Shown here in pieces: positions 39,179-49,226 of a DNA stretch of 64,000 nucleotides. Origin of the DNA: Thermoanaerobaculia bacterium. GTDB taxonomy: Bacteria > Acidobacteriota > Thermoanaerobaculia > Multivoradales > Multivoraceae. The stretch lies in assembly GCA_963664405.1 (NCBI GenBank), contig OY761158.1, positions 5,920,001 to 5,984,000 on the forward strand. The letters are read 5' to 3'. How positions within the stretch are numbered: the first letter of the stretch is position 1; every line of letters begins with the position of its first letter. The position numbers and the translations under genes were made by a program. The notes beneath the pieces are model-generated. The model made no database searches. It was not told the DNA's origin and saw nothing but the letters and a program-made list of their open reading frames with translations.

Positions 39179-39586
39179 GTGAGCACGGTTGGGGTCGTGA
39201 GCATCGGGTTGGGTGCCCTTAGTATCTGGGGCCGGAGCTACTTGCTGGTGGCGCCGGAGCGGACCCTACGCTGGTTCAGAGGGGTGATCAGCTCGAACGG
39301 CCGACTGCGGGCGCTAGGCGCGGTCATGCTGATGCTCGGGGCGACGTTGATCTGGGCGGGGGCCTCGGAGGAGAGCGGGCTGGCGAGTGTTCTGTCGGTG
39401 GTGGGATGGGCCTTTGTGGTGATGTCCACCCTGGGGCTAATCCTCTTCCCAGCGGCCTACCGAGCCGTTGCCAACGCCTTCTTGCCCTCCGAGCCGAGCG
39501 GAAGCCTGACCGCGTGGCGCATCAGAGGACTGATCGGCGTGATCCTCGGCGTGCTCCTGATCTACTTCGGCGCTCTTTCGCTGTGA
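39179..39586 (+). CDS. Small membrane protein (about 4 TM), hypothetical
   Basis: Hydrophobic 135-aa ORF with plausible codon usage. Confidence 0.7.
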   Translation: MSTVGVVSIGLGALSIWGRSYLLVAPERTLRWFRGVISSNGRLRALGAVMLMLGATLIWAGASEESGLASVLSVVGWAFVVMSTLGLILFPAAYRAVANAFLPSEPSGSLTAWRIRGLIGVILGVLLIYFGALSL

Positions 39587-39686
39587 CCGCAGCGTAGCGT
39601 CGGTTTAGGGAGGGCACACGCCGGGTAAGGCCGGCGATGGTACCCTCGTGCGCCCAAGCACTAGGCCCGGTGAAGGAGCGAACCCC

Positions 39687-40502
39687 TTGAGTTACGAGCA
39701 GATCACATGTGAGTCGCGTGAGGACATCCTCCTCATCACTCTCAATCGGCCCGACAAACTGAACGCCTACACATCGCAGATGCGCCTCGAGCTGGAAGAT
39801 GCTATCGAGCGGGCGAATCAGGATCGCGAGATCGGCGCCATTGTGGTGACCGGCGCCGGTCGGGGGTTCTGTGCCGGCGCGGACATCAAGCAGAGCTTTC
39901 AGAAGCGCTTGAACGAGGCCGAAGGGGACGGGGAGGCGGCGAAAGAAGCCAGACGGCCGGGGGACTGGGTGGAGCTGTGTCGCCGGTCGAAGCCGCTGGT
40001 CGCCGCCGTCAACGGTGTTGCGGTCGGAGTAGGTCTGACCCTGATTCTCCCCTTCGACATCATCGTCGCCTCTGAGGCCGCGCGCTTCGGCATGTTCTTC
40101 GTTCGGATGGGCGTAGTGCCCGAGCTCGGCAGCTCCCACTTCGCGATCCAGAGACTGGGTTTCGCCAAAGCAAGCGAGATGTGCCTCACCGGCAGGCTGT
40201 ACGAGGCTTCGGAAATCGCCGATACAGGGCTGGTGAACTGCGTCGTGGCGCCCGACGACCTGTTGCCGCAAGCGATGGCGCTGGCGCGCGAGATCGCCGC
40301 CAATCCGCCCTCCTCTCTTCGCCTGATCAAGGAGCTCCTGAGTGTCAATGGCAGCTGTGAGGATCTGACAGCAGTGCAAGCGCGCGAGGTGGCAGCTCTC
40401 GAGAAGGCCTACGCCTCGGCCGAGCACAAGGAGGCCGTCACTGCGTTTCTAGAAAAGCGCAAGCCGGACTTCAAGAGCGCTGCTGCGCCTGCGGAGAGGT
40501 AA
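39687..40502 (+). CDS. Enoyl-CoA hydratase/isomerase family protein
   Basis: LNRPDKLNA, FCAGAD, AAVNGVAVGVG and AFLEKRKP. Confidence 0.92.
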   Translation: MSYEQITCESREDILLITLNRPDKLNAYTSQMRLELEDAIERANQDREIGAIVVTGAGRGFCAGADIKQSFQKRLNEAEGDGEAAKEARRPGDWVELCRRSKPLVAAVNGVAVGVGLTLILPFDIIVASEAARFGMFFVRMGVVPELGSSHFAIQRLGFAKASEMCLTGRLYEASEIADTGLVNCVVAPDDLLPQAMALAREIAANPPSSLRLIKELLSVNGSCEDLTAVQAREVAALEKAYASAEHKEAVTAFLEKRKPDFKSAAAPAER

Positions 40503-40507
40503 GGAAG

Positions 40508-41248
40508 ATGCCAGAGAAACCGATCACTGTCGTTGTCGGTGCCGGCGACTACATCGGCGCCGCCATCGCGCGTCGTTTCGCGGCAGGTGGCTATCCGGTT
40601 GTGGTAGGTCGCCGAAACGGTGACAAGTTGACGCCCTTGGCAGAGGAGATTCGAGCCGCGGGAGGGGAGTGCCATCCCTTCGCGATGGACGCGCGTAAAG
40701 AGGAGTCGGTCGCCGAGTTCTTTGCCGAGGCCGAGAAGATCGGCCCGATCGAGGTGTGTGTCTTCAATGTCGGCGGCAATGTCTACTTCCCGATACTGGA
40801 AACCACCGAGCGAGTGTTCCGCAAAGTCTGGGAGATGTGTTGTTACGCGGGATTTCTCTCCGGCAGAGAGGCGGCTCGCTACATGGTGCCGCGCGAGAGA
40901 GGCTCGATCTTCTTCACCGGCGCTACCGCAAGTATGCGAGGTGGCGCTGGCTTCGGGGCCTTCGCCGCCGGGAAGTCAGGCCTGAGAGCCTTGGCCCAGA
41001 GCATGGCCCGAGAGCTGGGGCCGAAGAACATCCATGTCGCTCATCTGGTGATCGACGCCGGCGTCGACACGGCCTTTGTGCGGGAGCGCATTCGAGGGCG
41101 TCTCGGTGATGCCGGGCTCGAGAACCTGGAGCCGGACACTCTGATGAATCCGGCGTCGATCGGTGAGGCCTACTGGGAGCTGCATCGCCAATCGCGAGAC
41201 GCCTGGACCTTCGAACAGGACCTGCGCCCTTATGGAGAGAAGTGGTGA
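40508..41248 (+). CDS. Short-chain dehydrogenase/reductase
   Basis: VVGAGDYIGAAIA, FTGATAS.RG, F...K and HVAHLVIDA.VDT. Confidence 0.9.
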   Translation: MPEKPITVVVGAGDYIGAAIARRFAAGGYPVVVGRRNGDKLTPLAEEIRAAGGECHPFAMDARKEESVAEFFAEAEKIGPIEVCVFNVGGNVYFPILETTERVFRKVWEMCCYAGFLSGREAARYMVPRERGSIFFTGATASMRGGAGFGAFAAGKSGLRALAQSMARELGPKNIHVAHLVIDAGVDTAFVRERIRGRLGDAGLENLEPDTLMNPASIGEAYWELHRQSRDAWTFEQDLRPYGEKW

Positions 41249-41255
41249 GTCGGCT

Positions 41256-41876
41256 ATGAGCGCGCCAAGAGTCGAGTTCTGCTTCGATTTCGGAAGTCCC
41301 AACGCCTACCTCAGCCATCTGGTGATTCCGGCGATCGAGAAGAGAACCGGTGTTCCCTTCGAATATGTTCCGGTGCTCTTGGGCGGAGTGTTCAAACTCA
41401 CCAATAATGTCTCGCCGGCGGTGTCTCTCCAGGGGATCAAGAACAAAGGCGCCTACCAGCAGCTCGAGACCGAGCGCTTTGTGGCGAAACACAAGATCAC
41501 GGACTATCGAAGGAACCCGTACTTTCCGGTCAATACGCTGCAAATCATGCGCGGCGCGATCGTGGCGCAGCTGGCCGGGTTCTTCGACAGCTACGTCGAC
41601 GCGGTATACGGGCATATGTTGTGCCAGCCGAAAAAGATGGACGATCCTGAAGTGATCGGCGAGGCGCTTCGGGAGTCGGGTCTCGACGCCGACTCGATCA
41701 TGGCCGGTATTCAGGATGCCGACGTCAAAGCGCAGTTGATCAGCAATACCGCAGACGCCGTCGAACGGGGGGTTTTTGGCTCGCCGAGCTTCTTTGTGGG
41801 CGACGAGCTCTTTTTCGGCAAGGACCGGCTACGCGACGTCGAAGAGGAGATCGAGAGCCGCAAGGAGTCGAGCTAG
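41256..41876 (+). CDS. 2-hydroxychromene-2-carboxylate isomerase / DsbA-like (kappa GST)
   Basis: FDFGSPNAYL, FPVNTL and RGVFGSPSFFVGDELFFGKDRL. Confidence 0.9.
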   Translation: MSAPRVEFCFDFGSPNAYLSHLVIPAIEKRTGVPFEYVPVLLGGVFKLTNNVSPAVSLQGIKNKGAYQQLETERFVAKHKITDYRRNPYFPVNTLQIMRGAIVAQLAGFFDSYVDAVYGHMLCQPKKMDDPEVIGEALRESGLDADSIMAGIQDADVKAQLISNTADAVERGVFGSPSFFVGDELFFGKDRLRDVEEEIESRKESS

Positions 41877-41878
41877 GC

Positions 41879-42502
41879 TCCGGAAATGATGGCTATCATT
41901 TCCTGCGCCTAGATTACATGGCGCCGAGGACGGCGCATCCGGACTACGGAAATGATGGGTATCATTTCCTCCAGATGCGGAACGTGGCGCCGAGGACGGC
42001 GCATCCTACGGAAATGATGGGTATCATCTCCTCCAGATGCGGAACATGGCGCCGAGGACGGCGCATCCTACGGAAATGATGGGTATCATCTCCTCCAGAT
42101 GCGGAACATGGCGCCGAGGACGGCGCATCCTACGGAAATGATAGGTATCATTTCCTCCAGATGCGGAACATGGCGCCGAGGACGGCGCATCCTACGGAAA
42201 TGATGGGTATCATCTCCTCCAGATGCGGAACATGGCGCCGAGGACGGCGCATCCTACGGAAATGATGGGTATCATCTCCTCCAGATGCGGAACATGGCGC
42301 CGAGGACGGCGCATCCTACGGAAATGATAGGTATCATCTCCTCCAGATGCGGAACATGGCGCCGAGGACGGCGCATCCTACGGAAATGATAGGTATAATC
42401 TCCTCCAGATGCGGAACATGGCGCCGAGGACGGCGCATCCTACGGAAATGATGGGTATCATTTCCTCCAGATGCGGAACATGGCGCCGAGGACGGCGCAT
42501 CC
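41879..42502 (+). repeat. Tandem array of ten 62-bp two-hairpin REP/BIME-like units
   Basis: Unit TACGGAAATGATGGGTATCAT(C/T)TCCTCCAGATGCGGAACATGGCGCCGAGGACGGCGCATCC; copies start at 41879, 41945, 42007, 42069, 42131, 42193, 42255, 42317, 42379 and 42441. Confidence 0.95.
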
Positions 42503-42603
42503 GGGAGTCTGCGGCGCAGACTCCCTAGGGTAGAAGGATTCGAGAACAGGCGGTCGCCCTCCGGCGGAGGAGCGAGAACGTCAATTGTAGAGAGGAGTCG
42601 ACC

Positions 42604-43902
42604 ATGGCGTGGGATTTCGAGACCGAGCCCGAGTTTGAAGAGAAGCTGGAGTGGATGCGCGAGTTCGTGCGCGACGAGATCATCCCGCTCGAAGAGCTCA
42701 ATGTGTCCGAAGAGCAGATGGCCGAGATCACCAAGCCGATGAAGGCAGAGGTGCGGCGCCGCAGACTGTGGGCGGCTCATCTTCCCCCGGAGCTCGGAGG
42801 CGGAGGCTTCGGCCAGGTGAAACTCGGCTTGATGCACGAGATTCTCGGCCAGACCGGTCGCGCGCCGTCGATCTTCGGCAACAACGCCCCCGACTCCGGC
42901 AACGCCGAGCTGCTCGCTCTGGGCGGGACGGCCGAACAGAAAAAGAAGTGGATGGAGCCACTGCTGGCGGGAGAAATGCGCAGCGCGTACTCGATGACCG
43001 AGCCCGACACCGCGGGCTCTGACCCCAAGCTGCTCAAGACGCGAGCTACTCGTGATGGCGACGATTGGGTGATCGAAGGGCATAAGTGGTTCACATCGAA
43101 CGGATCCAGAGCCGACTTCCTGATCACGATGGCAGTGACCGACACCGAAGTGCATCCCTACTCCGGGTCTTCGATGTTCATCGTTCCCACCGACTCCCCC
43201 GGTCTCAACATCATCCGCGACGTGCCTGTCATGTCCGAGCCCGATCACAAGACCGGCGAGCCTGGCGGCCATGCCGAGATCATCTACGACAAATGTCGTA
43301 TCCCCTTCGAGAACGTGGTCGGCGGCGAGGCGGGTATCGGCGAGGGCTTCGTTCTCGCCCAGAAGCGGCTGGGTCCGGGGCGGATCCACCATGCTATGCG
43401 CTGGCTCGGGGTATCGAAGCGAGCATTCGACATGCTCTGCGAGCGCGCAGTGTCTCGCTTTTCTCATGGTTCGTTACTCTCCGAAAAGCAGATGGTGCAG
43501 GATTGGATCGCCACCAGCCACGCGGAGATGGAGGCGGCCAGACTGCTGACCCTCCACGCGGCGTGGAGGATGGACCAGGTGGGCGCGTCGAACGCCCGCA
43601 ACGAGATTGCGATCATCAAGTTCTACGGCGCCAAGGTGCTCTACAACGTTATCGACAGAGCGATTCAGGTTCACGGTGCGCTCGGTTTCTCGACCGACAT
43701 GCCGCTGGAGCTCATGTATCGCCGGGCGCGCGCAGCTCGACTGGTCGACGGCGCCGACGAGGTTCACAAGATGACCGTCGCGCGCCGAATACTCAAGAAC
43801 TATGCCGCGGTCGAGGTGCCCTCCGAGCACCGGCCGACACGCCGGAGGATGGTCGAAGAGCGCTTCGCCGACTTCCTCGACGCGGAGGCGGTAAACAGCT
43901 AG
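42604..43902 (+). CDS. Acyl-CoA dehydrogenase (FadE1/FadE2-like)
   Basis: APDSGNAE, YSMTEP..AGSDP, GHKWFTS, AQKRLGPGRIHH and RLVDGADEVH; GAGGAG RBS. Confidence 0.93.
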   Translation: MAWDFETEPEFEEKLEWMREFVRDEIIPLEELNVSEEQMAEITKPMKAEVRRRRLWAAHLPPELGGGGFGQVKLGLMHEILGQTGRAPSIFGNNAPDSGNAELLALGGTAEQKKKWMEPLLAGEMRSAYSMTEPDTAGSDPKLLKTRATRDGDDWVIEGHKWFTSNGSRADFLITMAVTDTEVHPYSGSSMFIVPTDSPGLNIIRDVPVMSEPDHKTGEPGGHAEIIYDKCRIPFENVVGGEAGIGEGFVLAQKRLGPGRIHHAMRWLGVSKRAFDMLCERAVSRFSHGSLLSEKQMVQDWIATSHAEMEAARLLTLHAAWRMDQVGASNARNEIAIIKFYGAKVLYNVIDRAIQVHGALGFSTDMPLELMYRRARAARLVDGADEVHKMTVARRILKNYAAVEVPSEHRPTRRRMVEERFADFLDAEAVNS

Positions 43903-43904
43903 CC

Positions 43905-44160
43905 TCCGGAGGTGATGGGTATCACCTCCTCCGGCTAGATAACATGGCGCCGAGGACGGCGCATCCGGACTCCGGAGGTGATGGGTATCACTTTCTCCGG
44001 CTAGATAACATGGCGCCGAGGACGGCGCATCCGGACTCCGGAGGTGATGGGTATCACTTTCTCCGGCTATTTAGCATGGCGCCGAGGACGGCGCATTCTA
44101 CGGAAATGATGGGTATCATTTCCTCCAGATGCGGAACATGGCGCCGAGGGCGGCGCATCC
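43905..44160 (+). repeat. Second array of the two-hairpin repeat (4 units, 62-66 bp period)
   Basis: Units start at 43905, 43971, 44037 and 44099; stem variant GGAGGTGAT-GGGT-ATCACCTCC. Confidence 0.95.
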
Positions 44161-44190
44161 GGAGCTCGTCAACGCAGGCTCCTCGCCGAT

Positions 44191-45228
44191 TCAGCGGAGG
44201 GCTTCGAGGTCGTGCCGGACCATCATGGCCACCAGGTCTTCGAAGCTCGTCTTCGGCTTCCACCCGAGCTCTTCGCGGGCCCGGGTCGCGTCTCCGATAA
44301 GAACGTCGACTTCTGAGGGGCGAAAGAAGGCGGGGTCGACATCGACGAGGACGCGACCGTTCTCGTCGATGCCTTTCTCGCTCAAGCCCTCTCCCTCCCA
44401 CTGCAAGGAGAGTCCGACGTGGGCGAAGGCGCGCTCGCAGAAATCGCGAACCGAATAGGACTCCCCGGTCGCGATCACGTAGTCGTCAGCCTTTTCCGCT
44501 TGCAGGATGAGCCACATAGCCTCCACATAGTCACCCGCGAATCCCCAGTCTCGACGAGCGTCGAGATTGCCGAGGTGGAGCGGAGCCTCGTGACCTCGAG
44601 CGATGCGGGCGACGGCCTTGGTGATCTTCCGAGTAACGAAATTCTCTCCTCGCCGTGGCGATTCGTGATTGAAGAGAATTCCGTTGACTGCGAATGTGCC
44701 GTAGGCCTCCCGGTAGTTGCGGGTCATGTGAAAGGCGTACGTCTTGGCGACGGCGTAGGGGCTGCGAGGATAGAAGGGAGTGGTCTCGCGTTGAGGTGTT
44801 TCGAGCACCTTGCCGTACATCTCGGAGGAGGCGGCCTGATAGAAGCGACTGTCGAGCCGGTGCTCACGAATGCCTTCGAGCAGCCGAACCACACCGAGGC
44901 CAGAGGCGTTCCCGGTCTCCTCGGGAGTGTCGAAGGAGATCTTGACGTCAGACTGAGCGGCGAGGTTGTAGATCTCGTCGGGTTCGACCTCTCCGAGAAG
45001 GCGGTGAAGAGAGGACGAGTCTCCGAGGTCACCCCATGCCAAATTGAGCCGACCCTGATTGGCTTCATCGCGGAGTAGATGATCGATTCGCGGAGTGTTA
45101 TGAATGGATGAGCGGCGGATCACTCCCCACACTCGGTAGCCTTTGGCGAGGAGGAGCTCGGCCAGGTAAGAGCCGTCTTGGCCGGTGATTCCGGTGATGA
45201 GGGCTTTGCGCTCAGATGTCTCGCTCAT
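44191..45228 (-). CDS. gmd: GDP-mannose 4,6-dehydratase
   Basis: [59 protein letters not shown] and [11 protein letters not shown]. Confidence 0.96.
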   Translation of the reverse strand: MSETSERKALITGITGQDGSYLAELLLAKGYRVWGVIRRSSIHNTPRIDHLLRDEANQGRLNLAWGDLGDSSSLHRLLGEVEPDEIYNLAAQSDVKISFDTPEETGNASGLGVVRLLEGIREHRLDSRFYQAASSEMYGKVLETPQRETTPFYPRSPYAVAKTYAFHMTRNYREAYGTFAVNGILFNHESPRRGENFVTRKITKAVARIARGHEAPLHLGNLDARRDWGFAGDYVEAMWLILQAEKADDYVIATGESYSVRDFCERAFAHVGLSLQWEGEGLSEKGIDENGRVLVDVDPAFFRPSEVDVLIGDATRAREELGWKPKTSFEDLVAMMVRHDLEALR

Positions 45229-45368
45229 GCTTCCCCGAGGTCTCTCCGTTTTGGCCACGCAGCCTGCGGCTCGACGCGGCAGTTTAGCCGACGGAGTGGC
45301 GTAGTGCGAGCCGCATGAGTCCTCCCGACAGCGGAGCGGAGGTGACTGCGATACTCTGGCGAGCCGCT

Positions 45369-46787
45369 GTGAGAACACGAAAGACCAAGATCGTCGCCAC
45401 GATTGGACCGGCCTCCGACAGCGCCGAGGGGTTGGAGGCGCTGATTCGAGCCGGCATGAATGTGGCCAGGCTCAATATGTCTCACGGAAGCATCGAGGAG
45501 CATGAAGAGGTGCTGGATCGCATCCGAGAGGCTTCGAAGTCGGCCGGGGTCGAAGTCGCGGTAATGGTGGATCTTCGGGGTTTGGAGATCCGTACGGGCC
45601 GGCTGGAAGGGGCGGCAGCTGTTCTCGTTCCCGGGCAGACCTTCATTCTCACTCTCGATGGGCGGGTCGGCGACAGTCGGGGAGTGTCGATCACGCATGA
45701 TCGTCTTTCCGAGGAGATCGCTCTTGGCGACACGATCTTTCTCGATGACGGCAAGATCGAGCTCGAGGTGACGGGCGTTCGGCGCGAGGAGATCGAGTGC
45801 CGGGTGGAGTGTGGCGGCACTCTGCGCGAGAGCAAGGGAGTCAACATCCCGGGTCGGGATCTCTCTTTGAGTCAACAGGGTGTCGAAGACCGAGAAGATC
45901 TAGGCTTCGCTGCTAGCAGCAGCGCGGATTACGTGGCGGCTTCGTTTGTGAGATCGGCCGCGGACGTGGAGGAGATCCGGGCGTTCCTCGATAGCCATGG
46001 CGCCGACCCGCCGATCATCGCCAAGATCGAGACCGAGGCTGGGGTGAAGAATCTCGCTGAGATCATTGCCGCCGCCGACGGTACGATGGTCGCTCGCGGG
46101 GACCTCGGCGTCGAATTGCCGATGGCGGAAGTGCCGGTACTCCAGAAACAGATCATCCGCGCGACCGTGAGTAGTGGAAAACCGGTCATTACTGCGACTC
46201 AGATGCTCGATTCGATGGAGCGCAACCCGCGGCCGACGCGGGCCGAGGTAAGCGATGTAGCGAACGCGATTTTCGACGGTTCCTCGGCGCTGATGCTCTC
46301 CGGAGAGACCGCTGTCGGGCGCTATCCGATCGAGGCGGTGAAGACCATGGACCTTTTGGCGCGGGCAGCGGAAGAACAACTTCGCGAGTACGGCGAGTTG
46401 CAGAAGATTCTCAGCCACCCTGCCGACAAGGTCACCGAGGCGGTCGCCCAAGCGGCGATCGCGATGACCGATCATCTCAAGGCTGCCGCAGTCATTTGTC
46501 TTACCGAGAGCGGGCGCACTGCAAGGCGAATCTCGAAGTACCGGCCCGAGTGCCCGATTCTCGCCGTCGCGACCACCGAGAGCGTGGTCAGGCGGCTGGC
46601 AATGAATTGGGGCGTGGTTCCCTTCTTCTACGAAGGGAAAGCGCTGGACTCAGAGCGGTTGCGCTTCGCCATCGACCGCGCGAGATCGGAAGGATACGTC
46701 AAGGAAGGGGATGTCGTCGTTGCGACCGGGAGCGCGCAGCAAGAGGGCGCTTCCACCGACATGATCCGTGTCGTCACTGTCGGATAA
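45369..46787 (+). CDS. pyk: Pyruvate kinase
   Basis: [45 protein letters not shown] and MLSGETA.G.YP. Confidence 0.96.
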   Translation: MRTRKTKIVATIGPASDSAEGLEALIRAGMNVARLNMSHGSIEEHEEVLDRIREASKSAGVEVAVMVDLRGLEIRTGRLEGAAAVLVPGQTFILTLDGRVGDSRGVSITHDRLSEEIALGDTIFLDDGKIELEVTGVRREEIECRVECGGTLRESKGVNIPGRDLSLSQQGVEDREDLGFAASSSADYVAASFVRSAADVEEIRAFLDSHGADPPIIAKIETEAGVKNLAEIIAAADGTMVARGDLGVELPMAEVPVLQKQIIRATVSSGKPVITATQMLDSMERNPRPTRAEVSDVANAIFDGSSALMLSGETAVGRYPIEAVKTMDLLARAAEEQLREYGELQKILSHPADKVTEAVAQAAIAMTDHLKAAAVICLTESGRTARRISKYRPECPILAVATTESVVRRLAMNWGVVPFFYEGKALDSERLRFAIDRARSEGYVKEGDVVVATGSAQQEGASTDMIRVVTVG

Positions 46788-48363
46788 CACCGGGAGAACG
46801 GTCGGGGCGATAGCCACCCTGGGCGCTGCCGTCGTACTCATGGTCTCAGCCGGTCTCCTCGGCTGTTCGAAGGGGCCCCGTCCGTCGATCATCATCGTGA
46901 CGGTCGACACTCTACGCGCCGACCACCTCGGTGCCTACGGCCATGAGGCGGCTCGCACTCCGGTGATCGACGATCTTGCCCGGCGGGGTAGGGTGTTCAC
47001 GACGGCGCTGACTCCCTCTCCTCGCACGACTCCTGCGCTTGCAACGTTGCTCACCGGGTTGCGTCCGTGGACTCACGGCTCACGAGAAGTGGGCCAGAAG
47101 ATGCGAGCCGTGAGCGGCCTGGCCTCCACTTTGAAACAAGCCGGGTACGCCACCTTCGCGGTGAGTGTGAACGGCGCGGCCGGCCCTGAACAGAACCTCG
47201 ACCTCGGGTTCGATCGCTTCTTGGATCACTTGCAGGTAGAGAACCACACCGCCGCGGGTGTGACCGACGCCACCCTTGACCTTCTCGACGAAGCTGAGCC
47301 GACGGCGCCTCTCCTACTCTGGGTTCATTACATCGACCCACACTTTCCCTACGCCCCGCCGGCTTCGTGGACCGATCAGCCGGCGGCTCCCCTCTGTCGG
47401 AGTCTCTACCGGCGGATCGACGGCGACCTTCGAGAGACGGCCCTCCTTCGCGGTGATCTCGAGGGTCGCGCTAGCGCTGGTCTGGAAGAGTGCACCACGC
47501 TCTACGATGCCGAGATCGCATTCACCGACTTCCACCTCGGTCGCCTTTTCGAAGGGCTGGAGACCCGAGGGTGGCTCGCGGGCTCTTTTGTGCTCTTTAC
47601 TTCCGATCACGGTGAGAACCTCGGTGAGGATGGCCTCTTTTTCGAGCATGGCCCGAGTGTGCACGATGCCTCGTTGCGGGTTCCCCTCATCTTGGTCGGT
47701 CCGGGGGTAGAACCGGCGAGGGACCGAGGTATAGCGAGGCTGGAGGACATAACACCGACCTTGTTGGATCTAGTGGAGTTGGATCCGCCCGAGGGGGTGA
47801 GCTTCGACGGCGTGAGCCTTGTACCGCGTCTCGGCGCGGCTGGTTCGGAAGCGTCTGCGACAATCGCGATTGCCGAGGCCGGGAACGCTCTCCTGCCGGA
47901 GAGCTTCGCCTATATCTATTCAGGTCAGAATCGAAAGCTCCACTGCATCAATACCGCCTCCTACTCACTCTGCTCGGACGGCGATGGAGAGGTGAGGCTC
48001 TACGACCACGAGGTCGACCCCTATCTTCAGAGTGATCTGAGTAGCGAGCTGCCAGAAGTGGTCGAGGACCTTCTCGCAGCTCGAGATCGTTGGCCGCCGC
48101 TCAAGGTCCGAGAGCGCGCTGCGCACATCGGTAGGTACAAGCTGGTCGAGCGTCCTCGCTTCGAAGGTGGGTTCTCCGCAGCTCTTTACGACCTTTCCTC
48201 CGCGGCTGGAGAGTCTGAAGATATGAGCGCGCGTTTCCCCGAATTGGTGAAGCGTTTGCGCCGGGAGCTCTCACAGGAGCTCGATCGGACCGAGAGCTCG
48301 GAGCCGGGAGAGCTTTCCTCCCGCACGCTCGAAGCTCTGCGGGCCCTCGGCTACATGAACTAG
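46768..48363 (+). CDS. Sulfatase-like hydrolase/transferase (Thr at the nucleophile position), probable lipoprotein
   Basis: LLGC lipobox-like motif; VDTLRADHLG.YG, RTTPALATLLTG, HYIDPHFPY, TSDHGE and C-terminal LRALGY. Confidence 0.88.
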   Translation: MSSLSDNTGRTVGAIATLGAAVVLMVSAGLLGCSKGPRPSIIIVTVDTLRADHLGAYGHEAARTPVIDDLARRGRVFTTALTPSPRTTPALATLLTGLRPWTHGSREVGQKMRAVSGLASTLKQAGYATFAVSVNGAAGPEQNLDLGFDRFLDHLQVENHTAAGVTDATLDLLDEAEPTAPLLLWVHYIDPHFPYAPPASWTDQPAAPLCRSLYRRIDGDLRETALLRGDLEGRASAGLEECTTLYDAEIAFTDFHLGRLFEGLETRGWLAGSFVLFTSDHGENLGEDGLFFEHGPSVHDASLRVPLILVGPGVEPARDRGIARLEDITPTLLDLVELDPPEGVSFDGVSLVPRLGAAGSEASATIAIAEAGNALLPESFAYIYSGQNRKLHCINTASYSLCSDGDGEVRLYDHEVDPYLQSDLSSELPEVVEDLLAARDRWPPLKVRERAAHIGRYKLVERPRFEGGFSAALYDLSSAAGESEDMSARFPELVKRLRRELSQELDRTESSEPGELSSRTLEALRALGYMN

Positions 48364-49067
48364 CCGCTCAATTTGAATCGGTAGAGCCGAGCGAGGTGTC
48401 GGAGATAGTCCCATCGCTCTCGGTACGAGAGCTTGCTTTCGCCGCGAAGGCGTTGGCCGAAGTGGATCGGTATCTCGACCACATTCCGACAACCGCATTT
48501 GACGATCAGCTCGAGCGCGATCTTGAACCCCAGTGGGTCGAGTGCGGCGGCCCGTGAGTAGGTACTTCGACGGAGGGCGAAGAAACCGGCCATGGGATCG
48601 TTGATGCGGGTCAGGGGGCGCGCCAGGAGGGTAGCCACCTTCGAATTGACCAGGCGGTCGAGCCCCCACCCGGCCTCCGTGCTCCCTCCTTCCACATAGC
48701 GGCTGCCGAGGGCGAAGTCGACACCTTCCTCGTCGAGTGCCGCCACGAGCTCACCGAGCTTCTCGGGGGGGTGAGAGAGGTCCGCGTCCATGACCGCGAG
48801 TACTTCGCCCTGAGATCTTTCCATCGCATGAACGACAGCACCGGCCAGCCCTCGCGCACCTCGTCGCACCAGCAGGCGCACCGGGAAACGAGTCGTGAGC
48901 TCGGCACAGACGCTCTCTGTGTCGTCGGGGCTGTCATCGTCGACGATAACGATCTCTCCCTCGCGAGCCGCGGATTCGAGAGCCTGCACGATACGAGGAA
49001 CTAGCACCGGGAGGTTCTCGGCCTCGAGGTAGGTGGGCACGATGACGGTGATCTCGGGTGCACTCAT
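48360..49067 (-). CDS. Polyprenol monophosphomannose synthase-like GT2 glycosyltransferase
   Basis: IVPTY.E.ENL, VDDDSPD.T, VMDADLSHPPE, GSRYV.GG, DPM.GFF and GFKI.LE. Confidence 0.9.
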   Translation of the reverse strand: MSAPEITVIVPTYLEAENLPVLVPRIVQALESAAREGEIVIVDDDSPDDTESVCAELTTRFPVRLLVRRGARGLAGAVVHAMERSQGEVLAVMDADLSHPPEKLGELVAALDEEGVDFALGSRYVEGGSTEAGWGLDRLVNSKVATLLARPLTRINDPMAGFFALRRSTYSRAAALDPLGFKIALELIVKCGCRNVVEIPIHFGQRLRGESKLSYRERWDYLRHLARLYRFKLSG

Positions 49068-49226
49068 GGCGAGCTCAGCCTGCGATGTGACGATTCTATG
49101 GCCCTTCTTGCGATGGCGGCGAAAGAAGGCCGAGGAGCGACGAGAGAAAGCCGAGGTATAGTCGCGCCGCTCTCTGCAGATGCCTCGCCGGGCGCGGGAG
49201 CGTGCCCCTCTTTTTCGATCATGAGC

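Noticed and set aside
41879-42502. CRISPR array
   Set aside because: The units are contiguous near-identical 62-mers with no unique 25-45 nt spacers, there are no cas genes in the window, and the same unit is scattered after stop codons.
42334-44300. Long ORFs 42334-43467 (-) and 43086-44300 (+) running into the repeat arrays
   Set aside because: They are shadow frames of the acyl-CoA dehydrogenase, and the 62-bp period is not a multiple of 3, so the array is not a coding repeat.
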